From NCBI RefSeq assembly GCF_009834535.1, contig NC_045697.1, positions 7,876,001 through 7,940,000 on the forward strand: a stretch of DNA of 64,000 nucleotides, given 5' to 3'. The notes under the pieces were generated by a model that was given only the letters and a program-made list of their open reading frames with translations, had not been told where the DNA came from and ran no database searches. Positions within the stretch are counted from its first letter, which is position 1. Each line of letters opens with the position of its first letter. The translations under genes and the position numbers were made by a program. Positions 1 to 12,739 of the stretch are shown here, piece by piece. Source of the stretch: Camelus ferus. Lineage: Eukaryota.

Positions 1-160
1 TACAATGGAGAGAGAGTAAGATTTGAGACCAGAAACCCTGTGTTCAATGTTAGTCCCTTGTTTCACAGAGGGGGCTATTTTGATAAATCAGTTAGCCATC
101 CAGAGCTTCTGTTTCACCACCTGTAGTAATTGTGATAACAATACTGAATGTTTCACAGTG
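1..160 (+). mobile_element. MIR SINE fragment
   Basis: Resembles MIR core: 'agcttctgtttcaccacctgtagtaattgtgataacaata'. Confidence 0.6.
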
Positions 161-992
161 TAGATGGTTGTAGCTGCCAGCATTATTAAATTATCAAAAT
201 ATAATTAAATTTATTTTATGATCATTTTTGAAACCATAGGAGGCCAGAGACCCTAACATCATTGTGCTGGAGTATGGAGAAGTTTCTTATCTTGGGCTGA
301 TCAGCCATTTAGAATAGGGCCTGAAACCTATATGAAAGTCAAATGTGATGTTTTCTCAAATATGAAGGTCTCTTGAGAATAAAAATAGGGATAAATGATT
401 TTGCTGTTTTGTAGGCAACTGCAGCATTCAGAAATGTAATGCATCAAATATGTTCAAGTGAATCAATATCCTCTCAGTGTGACTTGAGTATAAATCAAAA
501 TTTATGACCCAAATATAGCATACTGTGACCAAAGTGAATGAATAAGAGAAAGTGGTATTACAGAAATAAACATTTCTATATCAGAATGGCTGCCCATTAA
601 TTTTTATAAAAGGATGGAAAAAATCAGAGCCAGAGGCACTTTTGCATGCAGAGGATAATTTGCTCTTCCCTAAAAATTCAACATGGCAGCAAACTCTGTG
701 AAATTAGAGTACATTTTGTTCATAGTAGATAACAATATGGAAATAATGAGTAAATATATTCAAGGAAATGTACTCATAGATACATATTATCTTAAAATAG
801 AAAATGCTGAAGGAAATCCATTAACAGAGTCTTCACATTATACAAATACGAGGTGAGGTTAACTTGGCCAGGGTCAGAGAGTTGGTTAGCAACAGATGTT
901 ACCTTATCAGTTATATGGAAGTCATTACAAAATTTATATTTCATACCCATGTCTCTCTCTCTTAATTACTAACTACATCAATTATATACTTG

Positions 993-1184
993 TAGGTTTA
1001 CCAAATTTAGCAAATAAAAATTTAGGATACCCAGCTACATGGAATTTCAGATAAAAAGAAAAAGAACAAATAGTTGTTTAGTTAAGTTTGTTTCATGAAA
1101 TATTTTGCATACTTATATTACAATTATTTATCGTTTAATTAAATTCAAATTTACATGGGAGTCCTGTATTTTATCTCAACCTTA
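993..1184. mobile_element. MER53-like palindromic hAT MITE
   Basis: Starts 'taggtttaccaaatttagcaaataaaaa...gaatttcagataaa' and ends 'aaattcaaatttacatgggagtcctgtattttatctcaacctta'; imperfect inverted arms as in MER53. Confidence 0.8.
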
Positions 1185-1361
1185 TATACTACTATTAAAA
1201 TATCTTCATTATTGTCACCGTAACCTGCAAGTCAGTGTCTGAAGCTAGGAATTGTGTCTAATAGTTTGGAATAATGCCCTGTGTAGCTAATATCCAGGAT
1301 TAAGAGCCAAAGAAAATAGTAGTTCAGGATACACATTAGAAATACCAAAATCATTCAATAG

Positions 1362-1403
1362 AAGGTACAAAATACTTCACGGCTCCTTGAGAATATTCGC
1401 TAG
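1362..1403 (+). other. Candidate small exon (weak acceptor)
   Basis: caatag|...GCTAG|gtagga; one open frame (RYKILHGSLRIFA) that is phase-compatible with 2025-2047; polypyrimidine tract poor. Confidence 0.15.
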
Positions 1404-2024
1404 GTAGGAAATCAATTTTCTATCACTACTCTTTGTTGTTGTTCGTTCTACATATTTTTGTTGCTGTTTTTTTTTTTTTCCATTGATTCACTTGGTGTTA
1501 CATAAAATGGGAGGCTGGTTTGTCAATACACACATTTATAACTCCTGAAAGTCAAATTATGTCATTGAAAAAATAGAATTAAAACTCCTTTATCCAAGTG
1601 AAAGGTAGGGACACTACCTAGCCTCATCTCAAGAGATGCTATCTAAATAGTATCCAAATGGTATACCATATATACATATATATGTTTGTATATAATTGCA
1701 AAGGCAACCAGGTATAAGATGTTAACAATAATTTTCCTATTAAAAGTTGAGAGGAAGAGGAATAGGAGACGGGGATGATGGAGCACAAACAGATCTTTCT
1801 GAAGCAATGCTTGTAAAGGCACTGTGCAGTTATATAATAACTACCATAAGAAGTAAATACATAAATTGTTAATAGCAGATGACTCTGGATAGTAAGATTA
1901 GTAATGGGGAAATGTAGAATAGGAAACATACTTTTTTATCATAAGGTATTTATATTATTTGTTTTTTTTATGTCATGGACTATTTGATATTTAAAAATGA
2001 TTTTTAACATATTTTTCTCCCTAG

Positions 2025-2047
2025 ATATTATCTCTGGAACAGCATTT
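2025..2047 (+). other. Candidate 23-nt micro-exon of an unidentified gene
   Basis: Branch-like tttaac, tract 'atttttctccctag' acceptor, donor 'TTT|gtgagt'; open in all three frames. Confidence 0.4.
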
Positions 2048-2189
2048 GTGAGTATTTTAATCCTTTATTCATGGATTCACATTTTAGTTACCCTAATAAA
2101 ACTCTAAGTCTCAGAATGTTCCCTAAAGGATTAGGTATTTTATTTCCTGTTTTATTTACATTCAGCTCAATATTTGCCACATAGCATGT

Positions 2190-3275
2190 GTCTAACTCTG
2201 AAGCATTTTCATGCAGGGTCCAAGAGGACCTCAGTAGGACTGAGCCCCAGTTGGCCTCATAACTGTTCATTAGCATACACTGTATTGAGAGCCTTCTCTT
2301 TCCTGCTTCAGTTTCCCATCTCTTAGTGGTGAAAACTGTGACCCTTCTCAAAACAGACTTTTGCACTCAATAGACTGTCAGAGAAATGCAAATCAAAACT
2401 ACAATGAGGCATCACTTCACACCAGTCACAATGGCCATCATTCAAAAGTCTAGAAATAATAAATGCTGGAGAGGGTGTAGAGAAAAAGGAACCCTCCTAC
2501 ACTGTGAGTGGAAATATTAATTGGTGCAGCCAGTTATAGAGAATAGTGTGGAAGGTCCTCAGAAAACTAAAAATAGAGTTACTATATGATCCTGTAATCC
2601 CACTCCTGCACATATATCTGCAGAAAACCCTAATTCAAAAAGATACATGCACCCCAATATTCACAGCAGCACTATTTACAATATTCAAGACACAGAAATA
2701 AATTAAATGTCCATAAACAGATAAATGGGTGAAGAAGATGTGGTAAATATAAACAATAAATATTACTCAGCCATAAAAAAGCGTAAAATAACGTCATTTA
2801 CAGCAACATGGATAGACTTAGAAGTTACCATACTAAGTGAAGTAAGTCAGAGAAAGACAAATGTGATGTATCACTTATATGTGGAGTCTAAAAGAATGAT
2901 ACAAATGAACTCATTTACAAAACAGAAATAGACTCACAGACATAGAAAACAAATTTGTGGTTACCAAAAAGGAAAGTGGGGCTGGTGAAGAGATAAATTG
3001 GGAGTTTGAAATTAACATATACTCACTACTTTATATAAAACAGATAAACAACAAGGACCTACTGTAGAGCACAAGGAACTATATTCAATATATTGTAATA
3101 ACTTCTAATGGAAAAAATCTGAAAAAAATATGTGTGTGTGTAACTGAATCACTTTGCTGTACACCTGAAACTAACACAACATTGTAAATTAACTATACTT
3201 CGATTAAAAAAATAGACTATTGCACTCGAAACCTTATATCAGGATCTACTTCAGGGGAAACACAAGCTATGATAA
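2190..3275 (+). mobile_element. LTR16-like ERVL 5' LTR, split by an L1 insertion (2369-3212)
   Basis: 'cagtaggactgagccccagttggcc...' resumes after the L1 as 'accttatatcaggatctacttcaggggaaacacaagctatgata', an LTR16-type 3' end followed by internal ERVL sequence. Confidence 0.65.
2377..3212 (+). mobile_element. 5'-truncated L1 (ORF2 end + 3' UTR), cetartiodactyl type
   Basis: 'gagaaatgcaaatcaaaactacaatgag...'; ORF2 C-terminal remnant (ATWIDLEVTILSEVSQ); A tail; 19-bp near-TSD aaaacagacttttgcactc (2350-2368) / aaaatagactattgcactc (3209-3227). Confidence 0.95.
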
Positions 3276-5850
3276 TTGGAATCAAGAGTAAAATTATAGA
3301 CCACAGGAACAAGGATCTGGGATTAGGTTGCTAAATGACCAGATGGCAACATGGCACTATAGTGGGTGGTAAGTCAGTTAACAGAAACGTCAACCATGGT
3401 GGATGGTGATGGAATATGTATAGGTGTGAAAGTATGTACTAGGTTATGGGACAATGGAAAATTTAAGGATTCTGGCTGTTAACAAGTGCCCTAGAGCTCT
3501 GAAAAAGAAAACGCTAGTCTTGATTTAGGCAACTATTAAAATGGGAACATTGAAAAAGCAAGTAAACTTCAATGAACATGTTTAAAAATGTCCTTAACTT
3601 CACCTGGAGAATAGACTTTGCTGAGTATCTGGCCAGGGATTTGACTATAAGGGTTTCAGAGTTAGGATAAAGGCTGAATTCATAGCTCCAGCAAGTCTTC
3701 TATAGCTTAGATCCAATGATAGGAAAAGAATAGAACTCTGAAAGCCAGGAAGTGTGACACGTGGGCAGATGTATTTGAATCCTAATGTCCTTAAACCTTC
3801 TAGGCTGAAGAGCCAACCTTCTACTAAAGAAGAATGACCTCTCGTTGCATAAAGACCATGCAAGGGCTTCATTCAAGATGAATGCCAACCAATATGATAC
3901 CGGCCCTTCTCAAGATCTGCTCCTCCCTTCATTGTTCTCATGCTAATATTTAGCATTAGCATGGCCCAGAGATGAAAGGATATATCATGAAAAGAGGTAG
4001 GTAGTGCACACAGTCAGGAATCAGTAGAAAGTGGCTGAGGGTAGATCTGGAGGGTTCAGCATATGGCTTGATAGAGGAGAGTTTATTGATATAGGAACAC
4101 TCTCCAGTGATTTAGGATTTAACTGCCCCTGCAAGGATGCCTTAAGTTAATCCGAGTATTCTTTTGGAGTTGGTCCTTGAAGCTTAGAGACAATAATGGT
4201 TTACAAATAAATGAAGGAGAGGTGCCAGATGGCTTTAACAGATCAGGATGAAAGGATTTCCGAACAGCTGAGACTCACAATTATTAGGGGTAAAGTGGAT
4301 ACAAATTATCAGAGGTGAAGTGAACAGGCAGTAATTCCAGAAAGGCGACCAGAGATCTTGGTGATAGCATTTCAAAGGACAGTCAATGAGGATAATTTTT
4401 ATTTATATAACTTTTTTAAAGATTAAGAAGGGAGGCACGAAGAAGGCTAATGACAGCTACCACAATGGAAAAATCACTCCCTAAACCAGTTGTTGGAGGA
4501 ATAGTCTATTGAAGGAAACAAACATCATGAATGTTTTAGACAGGAACATTTAATGCTACAGTAATAACATCTAATAGCCATTTCTTCCCCAAGCAGCATA
4601 CAGCTGTTTATAAAAATAACCTTTTTTTTGAGGGGGAAAAAATATCTGGATGTTGATACAGCCTTGGATGCAGGATCTGAATTACCACTGGTTAAAAAAA
4701 GAAAGAGGGTAGCCCCCCTTTCAGAGTGTACATGTGCAGAAGGCACATAATAATTAGACTCTTGACCCAAATAAGTCCTAACTCAGTTTCTGAGTACATA
4801 ATGACTGGGCCATTTCCCAAGCATCAGAGAACGTAATCTCCATGGATATACTTTAGCATCAGTCAGAACCAACATCGTGTTTCCTCACCTGTGGATGAAG
4901 AGCTATTATGCTACAAAAGGCCAGGATACAAGCTTGTAAAACTGTCTGCGTCCCTCATTTATAGAAAATCAAAAGTATTAGCACACCCTAGATGAAGGGG
5001 CACAGATGAAGCCGCCCTCGGAAACTTAAAGGACACAGCAGTGGTGGTGCTCACTACATCCCTACTTAATTCACTGCTATATACAACATTTTTAAAGGCG
5101 GCTCTTGACAGATGATGGTAATCTTTTATAAATACAACGAAGTGTTAGATCCACTAACAGTCTCTGGGTTGGAGTCGTATCTTTTCTAGAAGAAATCACC
5201 ATTCTCTACTTGCCCTTGGTATATAGCTATTGATCTGCAAAAACTATAATTTTCATGCACCTACCAGGATGGGGGAACCAGATGCTGTTGGCATTCACCT
5301 GGAAAGACAGCAGTACACTTTTACAGTCTTGTCTCAGGGCTCTGTTAATCCCTTGCTCTGTCTCAGCGTAGATTGAAAGGACCTTGACCATCTGGACACA
5401 CTGCCATGCATGACACTATTCCACTAGACCAGAGTTCAGCAAACTTCTACTGTAAGGGTCAAGTAAGAGACATTTTAGGCTTTGCAGACCATACAATCTT
5501 TGTCACAACTGCTAAACTCTGCCATTGAGCAGAGACATTATGTAAATTAATGGGTGTGACGGTATCCAGATAAAACTTTATAAATAAAACTTTATAGCTG
5601 TGCACTACACTGATAACATCATGCTTATTGGACCTGGAGATTATGAAGTGGTAAGCACTCTGGAAATGCTGGAAAAGCCCTTAGGTATCAGAGGGATGTT
5701 AAATCCTAAAAAGTTTAGGTTAACTGATATATCTGTGATGTTTTTAGAGGTCTGAGAGCTTGGGTAATACTGAGACATTTCTTCCAGAAATAAATTCCAG
5801 AATATTTCACCTTGTGCTTTCTACCACTGAGAAACTATCTCTAAGGAATT
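3276..5850 (+). mobile_element. Decayed ERVL internal region (gag-pro-RT), ERV3-16A3-like, 3'-truncated
   Basis: RT motifs: QYTFTVLSQG at 5311-5340 and HYTDNIMLIG (decayed YIDD) at about 5603-5632; many stops and frameshifts. Confidence 0.85.
5430..5597 (+). mobile_element. MER58A-like hAT-Charlie MITE inserted in ERVL RT
   Basis: 'cagagttcagcaaacttctactgtaagggtcaag...attttaggctttgcagaccatac...ataaaactttat'. Confidence 0.8.
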
Positions 5851-7609
5851 GAGTGCCTTAATGTTGACCCAGCTCCTGCGTGCCAGTTGGTTTATGATCT
5901 GGTGGGCAGGAAGGCGGAATTATTAGTTTCCTGCAAACATCCAGCAGTTCTCCTTTCCTCTGATGGTCACAAGGATGCCTTGTCTTGCTTAGCACGGTGC
6001 ACGTCATAGCACCCTGGCACTGAATGGAATCTAGGGAGCATGCAAACAATGTCTTGGTTCGTAGCTATGAAACTCTGGTCTACAAATTTTAAATGACTGT
6101 CTCAGGCCACAGGTCCACTTGGAGGAAGAACTAGGGCCAGAACTTAGGTCCACTGAAATTCATCTCAGGCTATTTGTCACATAATCTGACTGCCTCTCAA
6201 CAAATATGCACTTTATAAATATAGCATTAAAATTATAGCAACAAAACATAGGCTTATTTCAAGGAAACCATAGCGTGAGTACATTAGACCCTAAGGGGAC
6301 AGAGAACCTTAGCACTAATTTCAAATTGTATTTTCTGGTGTTCAAGGCCAGCAGTATTATATCTCACAAATATAAGATTGTGCCTGTTGGTAATAAAGTG
6401 AATTAAAGTGGGCTTACAAAGAAGGAGACAAAAAAAAAAAAAAAAAAGGACCATTTCATAAAGAAGCTCATGTTTATTTGGAGAAACCAGCATGCAAAGA
6501 AGCCAGTAAGTTACACACCATGGCACTGGCTACAGTGGAGTTTCAGGGACAGCATGAGGCAAACACAAGTGAGCAGGCAGTGGAATCTCTGTGAAGGACC
6601 TGCAAAGGCACTGAAGGGCATTGAGTCCATTTGTAAAGGCTATGAGATGACTGAGGATATCTTGGAGGACGGGAGAGAAAGGAAGTGAAGCACAGGTGTG
6701 GGAAGGTAGGTGGGAACTGGCAAAAGTGAAGAATCTTGTGTGTAGATGAATGCCAGGGAAGAAAAGAAGCAGGAGAACCTTGGGGCTGCCTGTTAAGGTG
6801 AGAGGAAGAGATTCATACCAGAGCCACAGCTCCAAAGCTTATGCTAAAACTTGGATACGTACAAATAGACGTCTTGTTAAAGCCCAGTTCTGATAATATT
6901 TCACTCTGGCTTTAAAATTTGTATTAGCTCTTCCATATCTCCTGGATAAGACCCAGCTTCTGAGGACTGACAGTTCTTAGGAGCCTCCATTTCCTGTCAC
7001 TGTACAAGATTCTAATAAAAAAAATTTCTCTTTATCCTATGTATTTCCACTCTTCCTCCCAATCACCTTCCTCTAACATTTTCGTCATAGCTTTTATACA
7101 AGTGATGCTTGTCTCTCCTTCATTGCCCACAAGACTCAACCCAATCGCTCTTTACCATATATTTCAAATGTCACTTCATTTATAAGTCCTTTCTACCAGA
7201 TATGGGTGTTTTTCCCTCCTCTGAGCTCCTCCAAATGTAGCTGTACCTCATGTGTGTGTGCTTGTGTATATGTGTTTAGACTTAATTTTCCCACTAAACC
7301 CTTCACTTCTCAAAAGGAAGGATTCATGTAAGTCTTAACTCTGCATCTACCGTAGCAGCTCACGAGCAGATTGTCCAAGTCTTGTGACTCCTGGATGATG
7401 ATTCGTCTTCCCCTAAGCAATAGAGTTGAGGCTTTAAATGCAACTCATTAGGGAGAGGCACCATTTTCAATTCAGTGCATGGGAAGGAAAGCACGATGTC
7501 TTCACTTTTTTTCTAGAAACAGATAAAAGAGGGAGAGATGACAATGCATTTGTTTCTTATGAGATTAACACAACTGTGTTATGAACAGCAATTGTGATAT
7601 CAACAGCTA

Positions 7610-7830
7610 ACATTAACATACTCCTTTCCCACTCTTAGGACCTACATAGTGTCATACACTACCTCATATGGAGTCCCACAGTGACCTAGATATACAAGAG
7701 TTTTATTATAATTTCCAAATATAGAAATAGTATCTCAAATGTGCCAAATGGTTTGTCCAGAGATAGAATCATTCTTCATCAGGACTCTAACCCAAATCCT
7801 CTGACTTCAATATACTAAGACAAACTGCCT
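7610..7830 (-). mobile_element. MIR SINE
   Basis: Degenerate antisense MIR ('tttccaaatatagaaatagtatctcaaatgtgccaaatggtttgtccagag'). Confidence 0.5.
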
Positions 7831-7984
7831 CTCCACAAAAGACAAATAAAACTACTTAACCAAAGCATTTCAGGTTATTTTTCCTTTTATACTGGATGCA
7901 AAAACAACTAGTTAAGGTCAAATTTGTATATCTTTTTTCCAATTTTTAAAGAGGAATCTTTCATTCAGAAGGTTAAAAGTCTTG

Positions 7985-8205
7985 ATAATAATAACTTACT
8001 TTTAAGGAGCTATTCTATATTGTGCATAATTTCCTAAGCATTGCTCCTAGATGATAATAATCTTCATTTTATAGATAAAAGGACTAAGGTGCAGGGAAGC
8101 CAAGTAACTTGTCCATAGCTTCAAAGCTAATAGATACCAGATCTGCAACTCCAGTCAAGTTTTCTGACTCTAATCTTATACTAATTCCAAAACATTCCAC
8201 TGCCT
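7985..8205 (-). mobile_element. MIR SINE
   Basis: 'cattttatagataaaaggactaaggtgcagggaagccaagtaacttgtcca' antisense MIR core. Confidence 0.75.
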
Positions 8206-8310
8206 GAAAGGAGATAAAGAATGCATAGAAAAAGAACAAGAGAAAAAGAAATGAGAAAGGTGTGTAGATGGTACTAATTACAAACATCAACTTCTTCTCA
8301 ATTTTCTAAG

Positions 8311-8351
8311 ATCTGAAGATTCTCAGTGAGCAAATTCTTTCCTGGAAGTAA
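8311..8351 (+). other. Candidate terminal exon (coding part)
   Basis: Branch point TACTAAT 8272-8278, tract 'cttcttctcaattttctaag'; frame LKILSEQILSWK* (or SEDSQ*); AATAAA at 8873 and 9305-9320. Confidence 0.2.
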
Positions 8352-10039
8352 CATATGTACTGAGAGAGACTTTCAAATTTTTTAGGACACAGGGGGACTA
8401 TTTAGAACAATACTCAGTAGACAGAACATTTATGATTTCCCCATCAGGAACAAAAATGATTCTTTAGAAAACACCAACTGAAACATTGATGTCAACATCA
8501 AACTTCTAGAAATTCTCCCCTGAGTAGATTCTTATATTATTTCTATTGCATTCTTCTTACTGGGACATCTAGAGTTATTCACAAATTCATTACCTCTCAA
8601 TAACAAACGATACTACCATACAAATACTTTAGTGAAGGTCTTTCAGGATCATGTAATTCCTTTAGGGGGTGTATGGGGAAACCCTCTGTCTACTTGATTT
8701 ACAAAATGCAGATGGTTAGTCATACTTGAATTGTTATCGATGCCTTCTGACATCTTTCTCAGCACCCTTAAAGAGAGTGGCATAATTCTTTAAGACATAA
8801 TATTACGTTTAGGAATTGCTCTAAAAGATCATCAATCTTTTGTGCATGACTCTTAGCACTCAGCTAGTGTTAAATAAACCATGACTGGAAATGAAATTCA
8901 AAATACTTTGAGTGATTTCTGCAAAATACTCTCCATTTGCCAATTATGTCCCACCATATTTCATTTTATCAGTTATTCATTACTTCTGGGCTAAAAATAC
9001 AGCTATGACAAATAGTGTATCTCAGAGGAAGTTTCATGATTTTCCAAAGAAATATGATCAATATGTTTCAGCCCCGCCATCGTTTATTTTTTGCTCTTGG
9101 TGAAAATAATATTGTGAGTGATGATGATGGCAACTTTATTTGCAGTCACTGATGAATTTGGCTTTTAGGAATATAAATATAACTAAAAGAAATATCAAAA
9201 CAAAATGACATGGTTATCAAAAAGATGTCTGCTAAACACAGCATGGACTTTCACCAAGAGGAAATGAAATCAGTGAAGAAGTCTCTCCTTTTTATATAAT
9301 TTGGAATAAAGAAAATAAATTCAAAATTCAAGAAGAGACACCCCACTTCCCACCACCCACCTTCTAGAAATAGATTGAAAAATACCTAAGCTTTGAACTT
9401 TAAATCATCTGCTTATTTAATGAAAAGGAATGTCACGATACATGGAGAAGGGAATAAAACTTGTCATATATTCTGATCTCAGGCCTTCTCGGATGCTGCA
9501 CATCTTGAAGTAAATTGATTAACCTCTCTGACTCTTAATTTCTTAAGTATTTTTAAGCAGTGTATCAAGTATCAAATAAGAGAAAACCTAAAAAAAATTT
9601 TTTAACTATTATGAGCTTGCCAAACATGAAGAATCACTCATTATATTCCCTAGAGAAAAAGAGTTTTCAGTACTAAAGTAAGGTTAAAATTAAAATCGTG
9701 TATTATTCACATATATAAGCTATAAAACTATATAAACACAAAAGCGTGAATATAGTTTATAGAGTAAAAAGCCTGCTTATGAATTAATAGACTTATGAAA
9801 TTAATTAACAACAATATATATGGCCTTGCATCACCATTATAAGCAATCTGCTGTAACTAACAACTGCAGTTTGAGGTATTCAACAACATTGTGAAATTCA
9901 TCCCCACATCTTCCAACCTGCTGTGTTTCTGTCACACTTCCAGCAGCTTTCCTGGCATTCAAACCTGCAAGCCACTTGAAGTCGCAGATTCTTTATCTCC
10001 CCCAGGTATGGCTATATCAGTCTCTTTTTTTAATTCATC

Positions 10040-10305
10040 ATATATATATATATATGTGTGTGTATATATATTTATATTTATTGATTGATTGAAGTATAGT
10101 CAGTTTACAATGTTGTGTCAATTTCTGGTGTACAGCACACTTCAATCACATAGAATATACATATATTCATTTTCATATTCTTTTTCACCATAAGTTACTA
10201 CAAGATATTGAATATAGTTTCCTGTGCTGTACAGTATGAATTTGTTGTTTATCCATTTTATATATATATTAGTATCTGCAAATCTCAATCCCAGTTCCTT
10301 TATCC
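10040..10305 (-). mobile_element. Short L1 3' UTR fragment (camelid type) with TA-rich tail
   Basis: 'attgaagtatagtcagtttacaatgttgtgtcaatttctggtgtacagc...agtatctgcaaatctc' is the reverse complement of the 3' UTR at 18250-18465. Confidence 0.9.
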
Positions 10306-10849
10306 TTCAGAGAAGAACAAGAACTTTTCTATTAGACTCTAAGCTTTCCAAGCTTGCAGAAGAAGGGCATGCGTTCCCAGGGTGGTGACGGGGGGAGGAC
10401 GACGCAAGTGGAAAGGTGAAAGAGAGAATCCAGTCAAACATCGTAGGATGCAAAGGTGGGATGCTGGCGGACCAGTCAGACTAGAGAGAAGAGGTGGTGT
10501 GCGCATCGTGGGAGAGGACGCTGGGATGGGGATGAGGTGAGACCAGAGCCAGAGGATACTGAATGCTCTTCTAAGAAAACTACACGGTGCCGCTAATAGT
10601 GGGGACATTTTGGAGCAAAGTAGGGAGACTTTTGCTTGAGGAATCTGACTCAGGCCTGAGGTACAAGTTAGAATGAAGCAGGAAGATACATAAAGAGAAA
10701 GCAGGGGGGAAAAGCTGTGTAAGAAAGCGTGTTGTCCTGCAGTACCTTTCTTGACAAGTGCTCAGTCTCCTTCCCTATATACTTCAGCTGAGTAATATGA
10801 ACTCTTCTCTCCCCATGCTAAGCTTCTTACCTTTAGCCACATGGTCTAA

Positions 10850-11075
10850 AAGAATAAACTTGAATTTTAGGACCTAATAAAACCATGTGCAAATGCCAGC
10901 TCTACAAAACACTGTGCACACCCAGAAATGTTCCTGTTTATTCTGGGCCTGTTTCTTGTCTTATAAAAAGGGAATCATAATAGCTGCTCTGCAGGGCGGT
11001 TGTGAGGATTACAGGCAAGATGTGAAACTTGTACGGAACTCAGTAGGCCCTCAGGAAATTCCGGTTCCTATCATC
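10850..11075 (+). mobile_element. MIR SINE
   Basis: 'ggcctgtttcttgtcttataaaaagggaatcataatagctgctctgcagggcggttgtgaggatta'. Confidence 0.75.
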
Positions 11076-11255
11076 TTTATTTCTTTACCTTGCCTTAGTG
11101 TAGCCTTTTGCTACAGAGGTGGAAATAGGTCCATCGAAAAAACAGCGTCTGGCCCTAGAAGCCTCAGTGAGCTAAGGAGATGGACTGCATGGTTGCCAGC
11201 ATTAGGCTGACGCTGGCATCTCTACTGTTCCATCACCTCCTTCCTGTCTCCTCAG

Positions 11256-11292
11256 TGCGTTACAGCCCTTGTGCTGATGCGAAAATGCTCAG
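11256..11292 (+). other. Candidate 37-nt internal exon
   Basis: CTGAC branch 11207-11211, AG-free pyrimidine tract ending 'tcctgtctcctcag', donor 'CAG|gtaagc'. Confidence 0.35.
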
Positions 11293-11689
11293 GTAAGCAA
11301 CTCTCTGGTGCTTCTCTTCCACCAGCACTGCCAGCAAAACCTTCAGGCCGTATGCCTTTATCCCAGCCAGCATCATCAGCTTGTATCGACCGTGTTCATA
11401 CGTGTGGGTAATTCATTGTGTGTCATAATCATCATACCACATATTAAATCTTATTTTCTGTTTCAGTTACTTAACTTTGAAGCCAACCTGCATTTACAGG
11501 CTACTTCGAAGCATTTACGAGCATCATTATAATACTTACATGTATCTCATCATGTATATTCTTCATTCTAATGTTGCTCATTTGGCTCTTTGCTTACTAT
11601 TCAATCTTATAAATAACACAGTGATTAAGAATATCTGGGCAGAATCATTTTATTAGGTATAGGAAGATTTCCTTAACGTAGGTTTCCTA

Positions 11690-11905
11690 AATGATAATGG
11701 CAACTACGCAAATGGCCAGCATTCATTAGGTCCGTACTGAGCACTTCACATGCATTACTCGAAGGAATACACCTGACAGTCCTGTGAGATTATGTTATTA
11801 CTGTCATTTTTAACAGATTAGAAAATGATCTTCAGAGAGGACTGCTTTCCTGCCAGCTAGTACATGGAAGAGCCAGAACTGGGCCCAGGTCTGCCAGAGC
11901 TCAGG
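11690..11905 (-). mobile_element. MIR SINE
   Basis: 'gcacttcacatgcattactc...cattttttaacagattagaaaatgatcttcagagagg...gagccagaactgggcccaggtctg'. Confidence 0.7.
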
Positions 11906-12739
11906 GTGCACGTGGAAGCAGCATCTCAAAGGTGCTGCTTTCATGCACATCAAAAGCGTGAAAATACAACGACCTTCAAAAAAATCGAAAAAAATTAAAA
12001 GTTTCTATGAAACTTACCCTTCTTGCTTTCAGAATGTTCTCAGTGGAACTCCCCCTCAGGACTCTAGCCAAGTGGAAGGGGCCTCCGAGCTTTAGTTTTT
12101 AACCGGAAATACCTAACATTGAGGATGCAAGGCTCTGTGGCAAACCACCAGTGTGAGGGTCTCAGAGACGTGAAAATGTTGCCGCCTCCCTAGCAGTCAT
12201 TAGATGTTTAAATAAACCACTGTATGGGTGTCACCAGCTGGAGGAAAGTTCTACTGAGACAATGTAAGCACTCTGGGGACAAAAACGGATTTCAAAAAAT
12301 CACAAGTTAACGGATGACAGAGAAAATGAACAATGCTGCTGGCACCACTTATCCAAGTGCTGCTGACAAAGACAGTTGGTTTAATAGGAAACTAATAACA
12401 TGTTCACTTGGAAATTCACTTTATAAATGGAAGTCATATACAAGCACTTACATTTGGTCAGTGCAGATAATATCTAGGGCTTAAGGAGACAAAAGTCCCT
12501 GCCAACTAGAGGAAGAGACGGGACTTGCACCTACAATGCAGCAACGAATGATTGAATAAAAGAGAGAACTGAGCATGTAGAATAATTACCCATGTGCAGT
12601 GGCTACACTCACAGCCTGACAAGGCAAAGCACCCAAATACACAGAGAATGCGGGTCTTGCTTTTTTTCCCTGGCATGTAACCCGCGCCATCTGAAGTACT
12701 GAGCAAGCAGGGACAACTCTATACGTGGATAGCAGGGGA

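Noticed and set aside
993..1184. Long hairpin that could be called a pre-miRNA
   Set aside because: Explained by the palindromic MER53 MITE; no expression evidence
2725..2931. 68-aa ORF
   Set aside because: L1 ORF2 C-terminal remnant
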